The notes under the pieces: model-generated
The model's database searches: none
What the model was told of the DNA's origin: nothing
Seen by the model: the letters and a program-made list of their open reading frames with translations, nothing else
Part shown: piece after piece, positions 1 to 12,083 of the stretch
How positions within the stretch are numbered: the first letter of the stretch is position 1
Layout: the number at the start of each line of letters is the position of its first letter
NCBI GenBank assembly: GCA_964016885.1
Contig: CAXHJY010001593.1
Location: 1 to 58,567 of the forward strand
Direction of reading: 5' to 3'
Length of the DNA stretch: 58,567 bases
From: Eledone cirrhosa
Taxonomy: Eukaryota
Program-made: the position numbers and the translations under genes

Positions 1-165
1 CTATCCCACTACATCTCTTGTGTACACAAGATCTGCATTGCGTACATTTGATTGAATTTATGTCAGTTCTTTCCTACATATCGAACATGGCCATTTCCCT
101 GATGGAATCAGAGTATTGTCCTCTCTTCTACTTATCAACGCCTTTGTTTTAGCTATGTTCATTCT
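1..165 (-). mobile_element. Decayed RTE-clade LINE ORF fragment (post-RT region with Cys-rich PHD-like finger)
   Basis: Minus-strand translation gives MNIAKTKALISRREDNTLIPSGKWPCSICRK, then after a frameshift NSIKCTQCRSCVHKRCSGI. This fits the N..KTK end of a LINE RT followed by the CxxC...CxxC..vHkrC finger seen in RTE-type elements. Runs off the window edge. Confidence 0.75.
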
Positions 166-370
166 GGCAACAGTTCTCACTTCCCAACAACCTTCCCCAC
201 CTCAACCTCATTCGGTATACATGTCCAACGCTGTATGTTAACCACTACCACGTGAATATATCATAGAACAGACAAGGGGCGGACGGAGGCTCTGTAAGCC
301 GCAATGCAGGCAACACGTCTAGGAGAGCTACCACTCAGAATAAATTGGTGCGGGGTAGAGATAGCCCTAA

Positions 371-1700
371 GTCCAGTAAGACAACTTCCGAGTGCTGGTG
401 CCACGAATAAAAACACCCAGTCCATGCTGTAAAAGGGAGGGGTAGATAGGGTCCCTGAGTCCAGTAGACGACCTCTCTAGTGCTGGTGCCACGAATAAAA
501 GCACCCAGTCCATGCTGTAAAAGGGAGGGGTAGATAGGGTCCCTGAGTCCAGTAGACGACCTCTCTAGTGCTGGTCGCACGAATAAAAGCACCCAGTCCA
601 TGCTGTAAAATGGAGGGGTGGTTAGGGTCCCTGAGTCCAGTAGACAACCTCTCTAGTGCTGGTCGCACGAATAAAAGCACCCAGTCCATGCTGTAAAATG
701 GAGGGGTGATTAGGGTCCCTGAGTCCAGTAGACAACCTCTCTAGTGCTGGTCGCACGAATAAAAGCACCCAGTCCATGCTGTAAAGTGGAGGGGTGGTTA
801 GGGTCCCTGAGTCCAGTAAGACGACCTCTCTAGTGCTGATGGCACGAATAAAAGCACCCAGTCCATGCTGTAAAATGGAGGGGTGGTTAGGGTCCCTGAG
901 TCCAGTAAGACAACCTCTCTAGTGCTGATGGCACGAATAAAAGCACCCAGTCCATGCTGTAAAATGGAGGGGTGGTTAGGGTCCCTGAGTCCAGTAAGAC
1001 AACCTCTCTAGTGCTGATGGCACGAATAAAAGCACCCAGTCCATGCTGTAAAATGGAGGGGTGGTTAGGGTCCCTGAGTCCAGTAAGACAACCTCTCTAG
1101 TGCTGGTCGCACGAATAAAAGCACACAGTCCATGCTGTAAAGTGGAGGGGTGGTTAGGGTCCCTGAGTCCAGTAAGACAACCTCTCTAGTGCTGATGGCA
1201 CGAATAAAAGCACCCAGTCCATGCTGTAAAATGGAGGGGTGGTTAGGGTCCCTGAGTCCAGTAAGACAACCTCTCTAGTGCTGATGGCACGAATAAAGCA
1301 CCCAGTCCATGCTGTAAAGTGGAGGGGTGGTTAGGGTCCCTGAGTCCAGTAAGACAACCTCTCTAGTGCTGATGGCACGAATAAAAGCACCCAGTCCATG
1401 CTGTAAAATGGAGGGGTGGTTAGGGTCCCTGAGTCCAGTAAGACAACCTCTCTAGTGCTGATGGCACGAATAAAAGCACCCAGTCCATGCTGTAAAATGG
1501 AGGGGTGGTTAGGGTCCCTGAGTCCAGTAAGACAACCTCTCTAGTGCTGGTCGCACGAATAAAAGCACACAGTCCATGCTGTAAAATGGAGGGGTGGTTA
1601 GGGTCCCTGAGTCCAGTAAGACAACCTCTCTAGTGCTGGTCGCACGAATAAAAGCACACAGTCCATGCTGTAAAGTGGTGATGGGGTTAGGAAGGGCATC
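371..1700. repeat. Minisatellite, ~15 copies of an 88-89 bp unit
   Basis: Unit gtccagtaagacaacctctctagtgctgatggcacgaataaaagcacccagtccatgctgtaaaatggaggggtggttagggtccctga; tccagtaaga recurs at 901, 990, 1079. The last unit reads through into gttaggaagggcatcc, a motif of interspersed retroelements. Confidence 0.95.
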
Positions 1701-1746
1701 CAACCAGTATAAGAAAAAGCCAAAATTATGAGCACAACAAATAAGA

Positions 1747-1782
<36 letters not shown>

Positions 1783-1960
1783 GGTGTAACTGTATATTTG
1801 GAAACTCTGTTTCGTAGAATCGAGACGTATCTGAGGACCTTGCGATTTCAGAGACAGGTTCGATCATTACATCGTTACATCGATCGTGCGTCGAGCTGGT
1901 CGCCAGAGAAGCGAGTATAATATGCCTAATAAATGTTATTCGTCACAACACTGATTCTCC

Positions 1961-1998
<38 letters not shown>

Positions 1999-2041
1999 AT
2001 TTAAAACTGCACTATCCACAAGTGTTTTTTAGCCTTCATAT

Positions 2042-2126
2042 CATGTTCTCCTGTTTTATCTGATGAAAACACAAATATTATTGCATGATGATGTTTGTTT
2101 TTGAAATGCTCATAATAAAATACATG
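2042..2126 (+). ncRNA. Minimal type-I hammerhead ribozyme in a PLE remnant (insert ~1995-2248 between TA runs)
   Basis: Stem I gttttat(2053-59)/ataaaat(2115-21), extended by catgt/acatg; core CTGATGA 2060-66; imperfect AT-rich stem II; GAAA 2103-06; stem III tgctca; UA cleavage site 2113-14. Confidence 0.75.
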
Positions 2127-2246
2127 GAACTCCTTTAACCATCTTTTGATCTTATATTATGTATACTCCAGTCCTACAAACTGTAGAGTGCTTCTTATCC
2201 GATATCTGCATTGCTTTATTGTACTACAATAAAACTCACCTCCTAC

Positions 2247-2296
<50 letters not shown>

Positions 2297-2340
2297 CATA
2301 TATATATATATACATACATACATACATATATATATATATA

Positions 2341-2563
2341 TCTTTTAATTTATTGATTTATTGAGATTTTTGATCTGAGTGTCCCGAATCTTCCGGATCG
2401 CAAATTTTCGATCGTGCGGTTGATTATAGACTTGTTCTGTGTGTGACGGTATTTTAACGATAGTTATAGCTCTGATTTATCTAAATTATGGAGCACTCTG
2501 CCGCTCATATCGAATTTTGTTTATCGTGAACTCGTGCGCCGATTTTTCGATACTCGATTATTC

Positions 2564-2566
<3 letters not shown>
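2341..2566 (+). mobile_element. Short TA-embedded insert, probable PLE 3' tail; homologous to 56222-56440 (-)
   Basis: Flanked by (TA)n. Shares tttaacg...gttatagctctg...gagca...tcgtg.gccga with the reverse complement of 56222-56440. Confidence 0.55.
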
Positions 2567-2633
<67 letters not shown>

Positions 2634-2763
2634 GGAGATGTACGTATGTCTATCTCTTTCAAGTAAACTGAATAGATTGTATGGATACGCCTACGTCGAA
2701 ACCGACGGGAGAGACCCTCTATCTTTGTATCTATCTATCTATATATCTCTTGCTCTCTCTCTT

Positions 2764-2842
<79 letters not shown>

Positions 2843-2937
2843 GGAAGATGTGCGAGATCTATATATATAGATATGTCCCAAGGCTCTGATACCATCAACA
2901 CTATAAACACAGAGCTGGCATATCTAAGAACTGACTA

Positions 2938-2993
2938 ACTGCCTGATGAGGTCATAGCCACTCAATGGCTATCATCGAAATATATATAGCAGT
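2938..2993 (+). ncRNA. Minimal type-I hammerhead ribozyme
   Basis: Stem I actgc/gcagt; CTGATGA 2943-49; stem II with G-C closure and atagcca-ctcaa-tggctat hairpin; GAAA 2977-80; palindromic stem III tatata; UA 2987-88. Follows a stop codon ending RKMCE/SIYIDMSQGSDTIN..., which resembles a GIY-YIG endonuclease C-terminus. Confidence 0.85.
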
Positions 2994-3041
2994 AAATAAA
3001 GGATTATGAGTTCATGCAATTGACTTATGTTTCGTCACTAT

Positions 3042-3094
<53 letters not shown>

Positions 3095-3239
3095 CTATAA
3101 TTGTTTCTACTATTGGCACAAGGCCAGCAATTACCCAGTGCATTACTGGTACTATCAAATGCCACATTCCTAAGTATAATATAACATTGGCGAGCTTCAG
3201 TGGCCTAGAAGTTTATTTAAAAGCTGCTCAAACATATTT

Positions 3240-3590
3240 AGTTTGTTAAAAAACACCATAACCCAGTCTTAAAGTTGTCGTCTGTAAATTCAAAGAACTC
3301 GGCTGTGTCTTGGGCTACATCTCCATGGTAACTACTCCAAGGTCGCGCGTGCCATGGCTGGGCACCCTGGTGTCACGTGATGGCCTAGAACGCTGGTCGA
3401 AGACATAACATATATATTATATGTGAGTGGAATAGTATAAATATGTCTTCGTATTTACTAACATATATATATTATAATATATATATTTTAATATATTATT
3501 GGAAAATTAACAAACAAAACTCAGGAGGCAATGTTTACAGTTATATATATATATATATCATTTTGCATATTTGACTTAATTATTTTATAT

Positions 3591-3626
<36 letters not shown>

Positions 3627-3870
3627 GGATTAAGTTCCTCATCAAAGACAGCTCAATGTACATCAAAGAGAGACCATAATTTATTCATATCCTACGATAT
3701 ACAAAGCAAATCATATAAACAACTAGTGTTATGTTGTTACATATAAATGTTTCTACTTTTGGCAAGGCCAGCAATTATCACAGTGCATTACTGGTACTTT
3801 ATTTTATCGACCCATAAGAGGGAAGGGAGAGAGAGAGGGGGGGAGATAGAGGAGAGAGGAGAGAGAGAGA

Positions 3871-3928
<58 letters not shown>

Positions 3929-4827
3929 GAGAGAGAGAGGATGGAGAGAGAGAGAGAGGAGAGGGGGGAGAGAGGGGAGAGAGAGAGAGGAGAGAGCAGA
4001 GAGAGAGAGGAGAGAGGAGAGAGAGAGAGGAGAGAGGGAGAGGGGGAGAGGGGAGAGAGGAGAGAGAGGAGAGAGAGCGAGGGGGGAGAGGGTGGAGAGG
4101 AGAGAGAGAGGAGAGAGAGAGAGAGAGAGAGCGGAGAGAGAGAGGAGAGAGAGAGGAGAGAGAGGAGAGAGAGAGAGAGAGAGAGAGCGGAGAGAGAGAG
4201 CGGAGAGAGAGAGGGTGGAGAGAGAGTGTGGAGAGGAGAGAGAGTGTGGAGAGGAGAGAGAGTGTGGAGAGGAGAGAGAGCGTGGAGAGGTGAGAGAGAG
4301 AGATAATATATGAGTTGGTTAAAAAACACGAAAAACCCAGTCTTTAAGTTGTCTGTAAAGCACGAGATTGTGCTGGGCTAGATCTCCATGGTAACTACTC
4401 CGAGGTAGCGCGTGCCATGACTTGGAACGCAGGTGTCTCGTGCTGGCCTAGAACGCTGGTTGTTGGAATAAGCGCGAGCGAGCGTGTCTGTCTGTGAGTG
4501 TGTGTGTGTGTTAGTGTCTGTGAGTGTGTGTGTGTTAGTGTCTCTGTGTGTGTGTGTTAGTGTCTCTGTGTGTGTGTGTTAGTGTCTCTGTGTGTGTGTG
4601 TGTGAGTGTGTTAGTGTCTCTGTGTGTGAGTGTGTTAGTGTGTGTGTGGCTGAGAGTATCCAATACCGAAGTAGAGTGTAATAAGATTTATTTAAAATGG
4701 CTAAATACCGACTCTTTTTACCGCTACAGACTCTGCAGTTTAACTTTTGAGCTTGTTTAATGTTCAATTATATATTTATAATAATTTATAAGTTTAACTA
4801 CACAGTTAAAACTGTTGGTAACAATAC

Positions 4828-4876
<49 letters not shown>

Positions 4877-4924
4877 GAGAGAGAGAGAGATTATATATAT
4901 ATAGATATATATATAGAGAGAGAG

Positions 4925-4964
<40 letters not shown>

Positions 4965-5323
4965 GCTCATCCCCAGTGAGTTTGTTAAAAAACACCATAA
5001 CCCAGTCTTAAAGTTGTCGTCTGTAAATTCAAAGAACTCGGCTGTGTCTTGGGCTACATCTCCATGGTAACTACTCCAAGGTCGCGCGTGCCATGGCTGG
5101 GCACCCTGGTGTCACGTGATGGCCTAGAACGCTGGTCGAAGACATAACATATATATTATATGTGAGTGGAATAGTATAAATATGTCTTCGTATTTACTAA
5201 CATATATATATTATAATATATATATTTTAATATATTATTGGAAAATTAATAAACAAAACTCAGGAGGCAATGTTTACAGTTATATATATATATATATATA
5301 TCATTTTGCATATTTGACTTAAT

Positions 5324-5362
<39 letters not shown>

Positions 5363-5461
5363 TAAACAAATAATGAATAAACAATGAAAACAGTTCCTTA
5401 TATTAAACAAAAAAAGTTCATTATTTAACGATCGTTTCTAGGATATATATGTGTTAGAATT

Positions 5462-5526
<65 letters not shown>

Positions 5527-5689
5527 ATTAAGTTCCTCATCAAAGACAGCTCAATGTACATCAAAGAGAGACCATAATTTATTCATATCCTACGATATAC
5601 AAAGCAAATCATATAAACAACTAGTGTTATGTTGTTACATATAAATGTTTCTACTTTTGGCAAGGCCAGCAATTATCACAGTGCATTAC
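3240..5689 (+). repeat. Local duplication/triplication: 3240-3790 is near-identical to 4979-5689; diverged third copy of the first ~160 bp at 4311-4470
   Basis: Direct comparison of agtttgttaaaaaacaccataacccagtc...caattatcacagtgcattac. The second copy has ~110 extra bp between TA runs. Confidence 0.92.
3820..4305. repeat. Degenerate (GA)n polypurine tract
   Basis: Direct reading. Confidence 0.95.
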
Positions 5690-5789
5690 GTGCATATAAG
5701 AGGGAATATACGTGCATATAAGAGGGAAGGGAGAGAGAGGAGAGAGGAGAGAGAGGAAAGAGTAGAGAGAGAGGGGGGGTGATGACGTG

Positions 5790-6648
5790 AATGTTGTGAT
5801 GGTGGTTGTTGTTATGTGGTGGTTGTTGTGATGTGGTGGTTGTTGTGATGTGGTGGTTGTTGTGATGTGGTGGTTGTTGTGATGGTGGTTGTTGTTGTGA
5901 TGTGGTGGTTGTTGTGATGGTGGTTGTTGTTGTGATGTGGTGGTTGTTGTGATGGTGGTTGTTGTGATGGTGGTTGTTGTGATAATAGTTGTTGTGATTG
6001 TTGTGATGTGGTGGTTGTTGTGATGGTGGTTGTTGTTGTTGTGATGTGGTGGTTGTTGTGATGGTGGTTGTTGTGATGTGGTGGTTGTTGTGATGGTGGT
6101 TGTTGTGATAATAGTTGTGATTGTGATAATTGTTGTGGTGGTGGTAGTTGTGGTGGTGGTGGTAGTTGTGGTGGTGGTGGTAGTTGTGGTGGTGGTAGTT
6201 GTGGTGGTGGTAGTTGTGATGGTGGTAGTTGTGATGGTGGTGGTTGTGATGGCTGATGTAATAATTGCTGTGGTGGTTGTGGTTGTGGTGGTGGATGTGG
6301 TTGTGGTGGTTGTGGTTGTTGTGGTTGTGGTGGTTGTGGTGGTTGTGGTGGTTGTGCTTGTGGTGGTTTGTGGTTGTTGTGGTGGTTGTGGTTGTGGTTG
6401 TTGTGGTGGTTGTGGTTGTGGTTGTTGTGGTTTGTGGTTGTGGTTGTGGTGGTTGTGGTTGTGGTTGTTGTGGTTGTGGTGGTTGTGGTTGTGGTGGTTG
6501 TGGTGGTTGTGGTGGTGGTGGTGGTGGTGGTTGTGGTGGTTGTGGTTGTGGTTGTGGTGGTTGTGGTGGTTGTGGTGGTTGTGGTTGTGGTTGTGGTGGT
6601 TGTGGTTGTGGTGGTTGTGGTGGTTGTGGTTGTAGTTGTTGTTGTTGT
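5790..6648. repeat. Compound (GGT/GTT/GAT)n trinucleotide repeat
   Basis: Direct reading. Confidence 0.95.
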
Positions 6649-6898
6649 TCCGAACAGTAATTTAGGGCGATTGATGAATTTTCAATACAAAGATGATTGT
6701 TACGTAATATCGATCTGATAGGCAAGCACGTGTATTGGGAGCAATAGCTGACTTACCAGGTGCAGAACGATGTGTGTATGTATGGGTATATGTGTATGGG
6801 TATGTGTGTATGCGTGTGTATGCGTGTGTATGCGTATGTATGAGTGTGTATGTATTAGTGTGTATGTGTGTATGTTCAAATGTTTGTGTGTACATACA

Positions 6899-6934
<36 letters not shown>

Positions 6935-7359
6935 TATGTATGTGTATGTGTATGTATGTATATGTATATATGTATGGGTGTATGTATGTATATGTATATA
7001 TGTATGGGTGTATGTATGTATGTATGTGTGGGTATGCATGTATATATGTATGTATATATATATATATATATGTGTATGTCTGTATATGTATCTATGTACG
7101 CATATATGCATGTGTATGCATGTGTATGTATGTATGTATGTGTATATATGAGCATGTATGTGTGTACGTTCCAACGTGTGTCGTCTGCTTTAATCAAAAA
7201 GTCGATGTAAGAAGTTGTTCGACATTTGGTAGGGGAAACTGGAGTGGGGGGAAGACATGAAGGAGGGGGGGAGTAAAGAAGAGAGAGGAAGTAGCAGGGT
7301 GGAAGGGATAGAGTGGTGGTGAGAGGGTGAAGGGCTACAAAATTGAATAAGGCTCAGTA

Positions 7360-8730
7360 ATGTTGGTGGTGATGGTGGTGGTGATGGTGGTGGTGATGGT
7401 GATGATGGTGGTGATAGTGATGGTGGTGATAGTGATGGTGTTGGTGATGGTGATGGTGGTGGTGGTGGTGGTGGCGGTGGTGGTGGTGGTGGTGGTGGCG
7501 GTGGTGGTAATGTTGGTGGTAGTGGTGGTAGTGGTGGCGGTGGTGGTGATGGCTGTGGTGGTGGTGATGGTGGTGGTGGTGGTGATGGTGGTGGTGTTGG
7601 TGATGGTGGTGGTGATGGTGGTGGTAATGTTGGTGGTGGTGGTGGTAGTGGTGGCGGTGGTGGTGATGGTGGTGGTGGTGGTGATGGTGGTGGTGGTGGT
7701 GGTGATGGCGGTGGTGATGGTGGTAGCGATAGTGATGGTGATGGTGGTCGTGGTGATGGTGGTGGTGGTGATAGTGATGGTGGTGGTGGTGGTGATAGTG
7801 ATGGTGGTGATAGTGATGGTGGTGGTGGTGGTGATGGTGATGGTGTTGGTGATAGTGATGGTGGTGGTGGTGGTGGTGATGGTGGTAGCGATAGTGATGG
7901 TGGTAGCGATAGTGATGGTGGTGGTGGTGATGGTGGTGGTGGTGATGGTGATGGTGGTGGTGATGGTGATGGTGGTGGTGGTGGTGATGGTGGTGGTGTT
8001 GGTGATGATGCTCGCGTTGATGGTGATGATGCTCGCGTTGATGGTGATAATGGTGATGGTGGTGGTGATAGTAGTGGTAGTGGTGGTGGTGGTGGAGATG
8101 GTGGCGATGGTGGCGATAAGGATAATTATACTAAAGATAGGAGTAATGATGAAGACTATGGTGCTGCTGTTGGTGATGACAAAGACAATAATTATACTGA
8201 CATCGATAATGAGAATGATGGTGATGGTGATGAGGACGATAATGCGTATGGTGATGACGATGGTGATGACGATGGTGATGACGATGGTGATGACGATGGT
8301 GGTGTCGATGGTGATGACGATGGTGGTGTCGATGGTGATGACGATGGTGGTGATGATGGTGATGACGATGATGATGATGGTGATGACGATAGTGATGACG
8401 ATGGTGATGTCGATAGTGATGTCGATGGTGATGACGATGGTGATGACGATGGTGATGACGATGATGATGATGGTGATGTCGATGGTGATGTCGATGGTGG
8501 TGACGATGGTGATGGCGATGGTGATGTCGATGGTGATGACGATGGTGATGACGATGGTGATGTCGATGGTGATGACGATGGTGATGACGATGGTGATGAC
8601 GATGACGACGATTAAAAGCAATTGTGCCAATTTTCAAGAACGTGGAAGAAGTATTACAGATTGTCAGAGATTTATTAAGGTGATGATGATGATGGTAATG
8701 GTGGTGGTGGTGGTGGTGGTGGTGGTGATG
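7360..8730. repeat. Compound (GGT/GAT/GAC)n trinucleotide repeat
   Basis: Direct reading; explains the poly-V/M and poly-T/I ORFs. Confidence 0.95.
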
Positions 8731-8751
8731 TATGTATGTATGTATGTATGT

Positions 8752-9325
8752 CAGGTTTTGTTTTCAGTCCTGCAGGATGTCCAAAGTCACCCTCCTCACC
8801 AAGAAACCTTGGTGGGGTTGTCAGTTTAGTCGCCAACGACACGACCAGAAGACAGAAGGGCAAAGGAGCTCTTAAGAGTCAATGGCCATCCAAAATCACC
8901 GGGAGAGATGACCTCCTTAACCTTTGTCAAGGCAGAATTCTAGGAGAAGGAAAACTCTGATATAACACCTGCAACTCTGATGGTATCCAATGATGTTGAC
9001 TTGTTCTTCTTTTTGGTAAATATCATCTTGGTTAAGAGAGTGGGACTGGCTTTGTGCAGTGCCTTTGCTCACTATAAAAGCTTCACAGCACAGGCATTGC
9101 TTTATATCTGGAGATCTCTCTGCACTTGTCCTCACATGGTACCATGGGCCCAGCACTATGTGTCAATAATTGTCACAAGTGTAGTGTTTGTACCAGAGTT
9201 TTCAAGTCGCTGGCTAGACTAAAAAGTCACACTCGTTCAGCGCATCGGTAGGGGTTCTCCTACATGGATATAAAGTAGTGGCCGTATTCGAGAACGAGTT
9301 GGCAGCCTCCATATATGTATGTATG
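8752..9325 (+). mobile_element. RTE-like LINE derivative: UTR-like 5' part joined to a C-terminal C2H2 finger and 3' UTR, within (ATGT)n
   Basis: 9171-9251 translates CHKCSVCTRVFKSLARLKSHTRSAHR*, followed by a short 3' UTR and an atgt-repeat tail. (tatg)n also lies on the 5' side. Confidence 0.6.
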
Positions 9326-9329
9326 TTTT

Positions 9330-9510
9330 GGTCTTCCGTCGGTGCTATGATGATAATTCTGGTTGATTCATTCGATCAACGCAACAGCCTGCTCATTAAA
9401 TTAACACGCAAGTAATAGATCATTCTGCAGACACCTATATCATTGCCGTACTTCTCAGGGAGACTCAGACACAACATGTGACGAGACTGGAGACTGACTG
9501 GCCTTTTCAA
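9330..9510 (-). mobile_element. SINE family 2, degenerate 3' part
   Basis: Reverse complement resembles 28735-28880 (gtcacatgttgtgtc..tctccctgagaag...ttgcgtgttaatt..gagcaggctgttgcgttgatcg). Confidence 0.7.
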
Positions 9511-9683
9511 TTCAAGTATAGTTCATTTAAAATGGCGGTGTATTTGTTTTGCACGGTTTCAATGATAAACATTTAGTGCCAGCTAAGTTATTAATAGAAA
9601 TATAAAAATATAATGAAGCGAAAACCTAACCAAACGGTGAGTGTCTTTTACTATACCTTTCTGGCATTATTAGGACACGTGAG

Positions 9684-10093
9684 GGCGGTGGATCGGCAGT
9701 ATCGCTAGAGGGTCGGACACCATGCTTTGCAGCATAGAGTTACGGCACATTATGATCTGAGTTCAAATCCCGCCGAGGTTAACTTTGCCTTTCATCCTTA
9801 CGGGTCGATAAAATAAAGTACCAGTCACGCACTGGGGTCGATTTAATCGACTTTCCCCTCCCCCAAAATTGCTGGCCTTGTGCCTATATAAGAAACCATT
9901 GTTAGGAGATGAGGCGGTGGATTGGCAGTATCGGTAGAGGGTCGGACACCATGCTTTGCAGCATAGAGTTATGGCCCTTTATTTTCTGAGTTCAAATCCC
10001 GCCGAAGTTAACTTTGCCTTTCATCCTTATGGGGTCGATAAAATAAAGTACCAGTAATACAGTGGGGTAATTTCTGGCCCTGTGCCAATTATT
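9684..10093 (+). mobile_element. Two tandem tRNA-headed SINEs (family 1): 9684-9903 and 9913-10093
   Basis: A-box-like tggcagtatcgg, B-box gagttcaaatccc, central gcctttcatccttacggggtcgataaaataaagtaccag, 3' ggccttgtgcc...att tail; many other copies in the window. Confidence 0.9.
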
Positions 10094-10121
10094 ATGACTA
10101 CATGTCTAAAGTCTGTCTTAA

Positions 10122-10338
10122 CCCTTTAGCATTTAAACCCGCCATATCGGGCCAGAACTCTCTCACTTCTTTCTGTTCAAATCGGCTCTAACTGGCCACT
10201 CATACTGATGTTAAGGTATTGTTCTCAAAATAAATAACATCAAAATCTCAGATTCGATATTATGTGAGATAATTATGTAACAAAGCCTTTATCACAAAAC
10301 TACAATAGTATATAGAGAGTAATGTAAATGCTAAAGGG
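10122..10338. mobile_element. piggyBac-like MITE
   Basis: TIRs ccctttagcattta / taaatgctaaaggg with TTAA on both sides; second copy in opposite orientation at 28299-28519. Confidence 0.88.
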
Positions 10339-10351
10339 TTAAAGAGTAAAA

Positions 10352-10637
10352 GTCTAAAGTCTGTCTTAAGCCAGAAGGCTCATTTGGCCGATGCTTATCC
10401 AGGTTTCATGGCGTGAAGCGACTGAGAGTACAAGACTACCCCCCGGAGAGGGTGCCAGTCCATCGCAGGGTTAAACCTCCAGCTATTGCTGGTACTCATT
10501 TTCAGCTGAGTATACTGGAGCAACGTGAAATGAAGTGTTTTGCTCAAGAACACAACATGCAACCCAGCTGAGGAATCGAACCCATGACATTATGATCATA
10601 AGTCCAACATCCTTACCACTAGGCCACGTGCCTCCAC
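10352..10637 (-). mobile_element. tRNA-headed SINE (family 3, Deu/Nin-like central domain)
   Basis: Minus strand: gtggaggcacgtggcctagtggtaagg (A box), gggttcgattcc (B box), gtgttcttgagcaaaacacttcatttcacgttgctccag, then ctgcgatggactggc...tactctcagtcgcttcacgc...gaaacc. Confidence 0.85.
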
Positions 10638-11378
10638 TAGAACCACATGACTTCCACCAAATATAATTTTAAATGTTTTTCCAACTGTGTAGATTGAAGC
10701 AACATGAAGTAAAGTAACTTGCTGAAGAATACATTGCAACACTGGAATTCCAATTGAGGACTTTATGAGTATTGACCTAACGCAGTAACCACCACGTCAC
10801 ATGTGTCTTTACACACAGACACACATACATACACACAAACCCCTCACACACACACACACACACACACCAAAAACCCCTCATACACAGACACACACACCAC
10901 ACAAACCCCTCACACACAGATACACACACACACCACACAAACCCCTCACACACAGATACACACACCACACAAATCCAGAAACACACACAACCCCCTCCAC
11001 ACAAACACACATCCTCTCCATACACACCCCTCCCCTACACAAACCCCCGATCCCCCCCACACACAACACACACAATCCCTCCCCAACACCACACACAACT
11101 CCCCTCACACACCAGACCCCTCACACAGACCCAGACACACACACACAACACACACACAATCCCCCATACGACCCTCTCCCCCACACATACACAGACCCCC
11201 CACACACACACACCACACCACCCACCCACAGACACGTCTAATACAGCCAGACGATCGATTCATCTGAGAGTTCTTATTTCTCACGACTTAAATCTCAATT
11301 GATTTTTTTTCCTTCAATAAAGGAATCTGTTAATGACAATCTCTCCTTCCTCTCCCACCTCTTCCTTGTTTTCACGTC

Positions 11379-11398
11379 AACAGCGCCATCTGTTGGCG
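11379..11398 (-). promoter_or_regulatory. CTCF-binding-site-like motif
   Basis: Minus strand GCCAACAGATGGCGCTG is a close match to the CTCF core consensus and lies in a short unique island between repeats. Confidence 0.5.
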
Positions 11399-11489
11399 AA
11401 TATACATACCAATTGTGTTCCAGCTATATCCGGTCATCACTACTCAAACATCAGATCGTATCAGATTACCTTACTACAACGATAACAAC

Positions 11490-12035
11490 AACAATAAGAT
11501 CTACCACTACCACTACTACCACCACTACCACCATTACCGCTACTACCACTACCACCACCACTAGCACTACCACTACTACCACCATTAGCACCACTACCAT
11601 ATCAACTTCACCACCACCACCACCACCGCTACCACTGCTACAACCACAAAACTTCCACCACCTCCACTACTACCACATCAACTTCTCCACTACCACCACC
11701 ACCACGACAACCACAAAACCTCCATCATCTCCACTACCACCACCACTACACCCACAAAACCTCCATCACCTCCAATACTACCACATCAACACCATATCAC
11801 CTCTCCACCACCACCACTACGACCACCACCACACCACCTCCACCACTACCACAACAACAACAACAACAAAACTACTTCCACCACAACCACAAAAAACAAC
11901 GGCACCACCACCACCACCGTCACTGCAACCTCCATTACACTACCACCACCACCACCAGTACCACTGCAACCCCCATTACACTAGCACCACCACTATCACC
12001 ACCATCACCACCACTACCACAACCACTTCAACACC
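11490..12035. repeat. Degenerate (CAC/TAC)n repeat; similar tracts at 12740-12980, 13680-14410 and 33495-33870
   Basis: Direct reading. Confidence 0.9.
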
Positions 12036-12083
12036 CCCACCTCCAGACATTGAATCCCTTAACTGCATCTTGACCCTTTCATG

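Noticed and set aside
284-370. HDV-like ribozyme upstream of the minisatellite (gctct...agagc)
   Set aside because: Could not build the P2/P3/P1.1 nested pseudoknot.
371-1700. CRISPR-like appearance of the 89-bp array (and of the 41-bp array at 14520-15740)
   Set aside because: No unique spacers, no cas genes, eukaryotic context.
1781-1963. Solo LTR (TG start, AATAAA)
   Set aside because: No terminal CA or inverted end, no TSD and no second copy; more likely another TA-embedded insert of unknown family.
6745-6775. Minus-strand splice donor (ctg|gtaagt)
   Set aside because: No plausible acceptor or exon body; upstream sequence is microsatellite.
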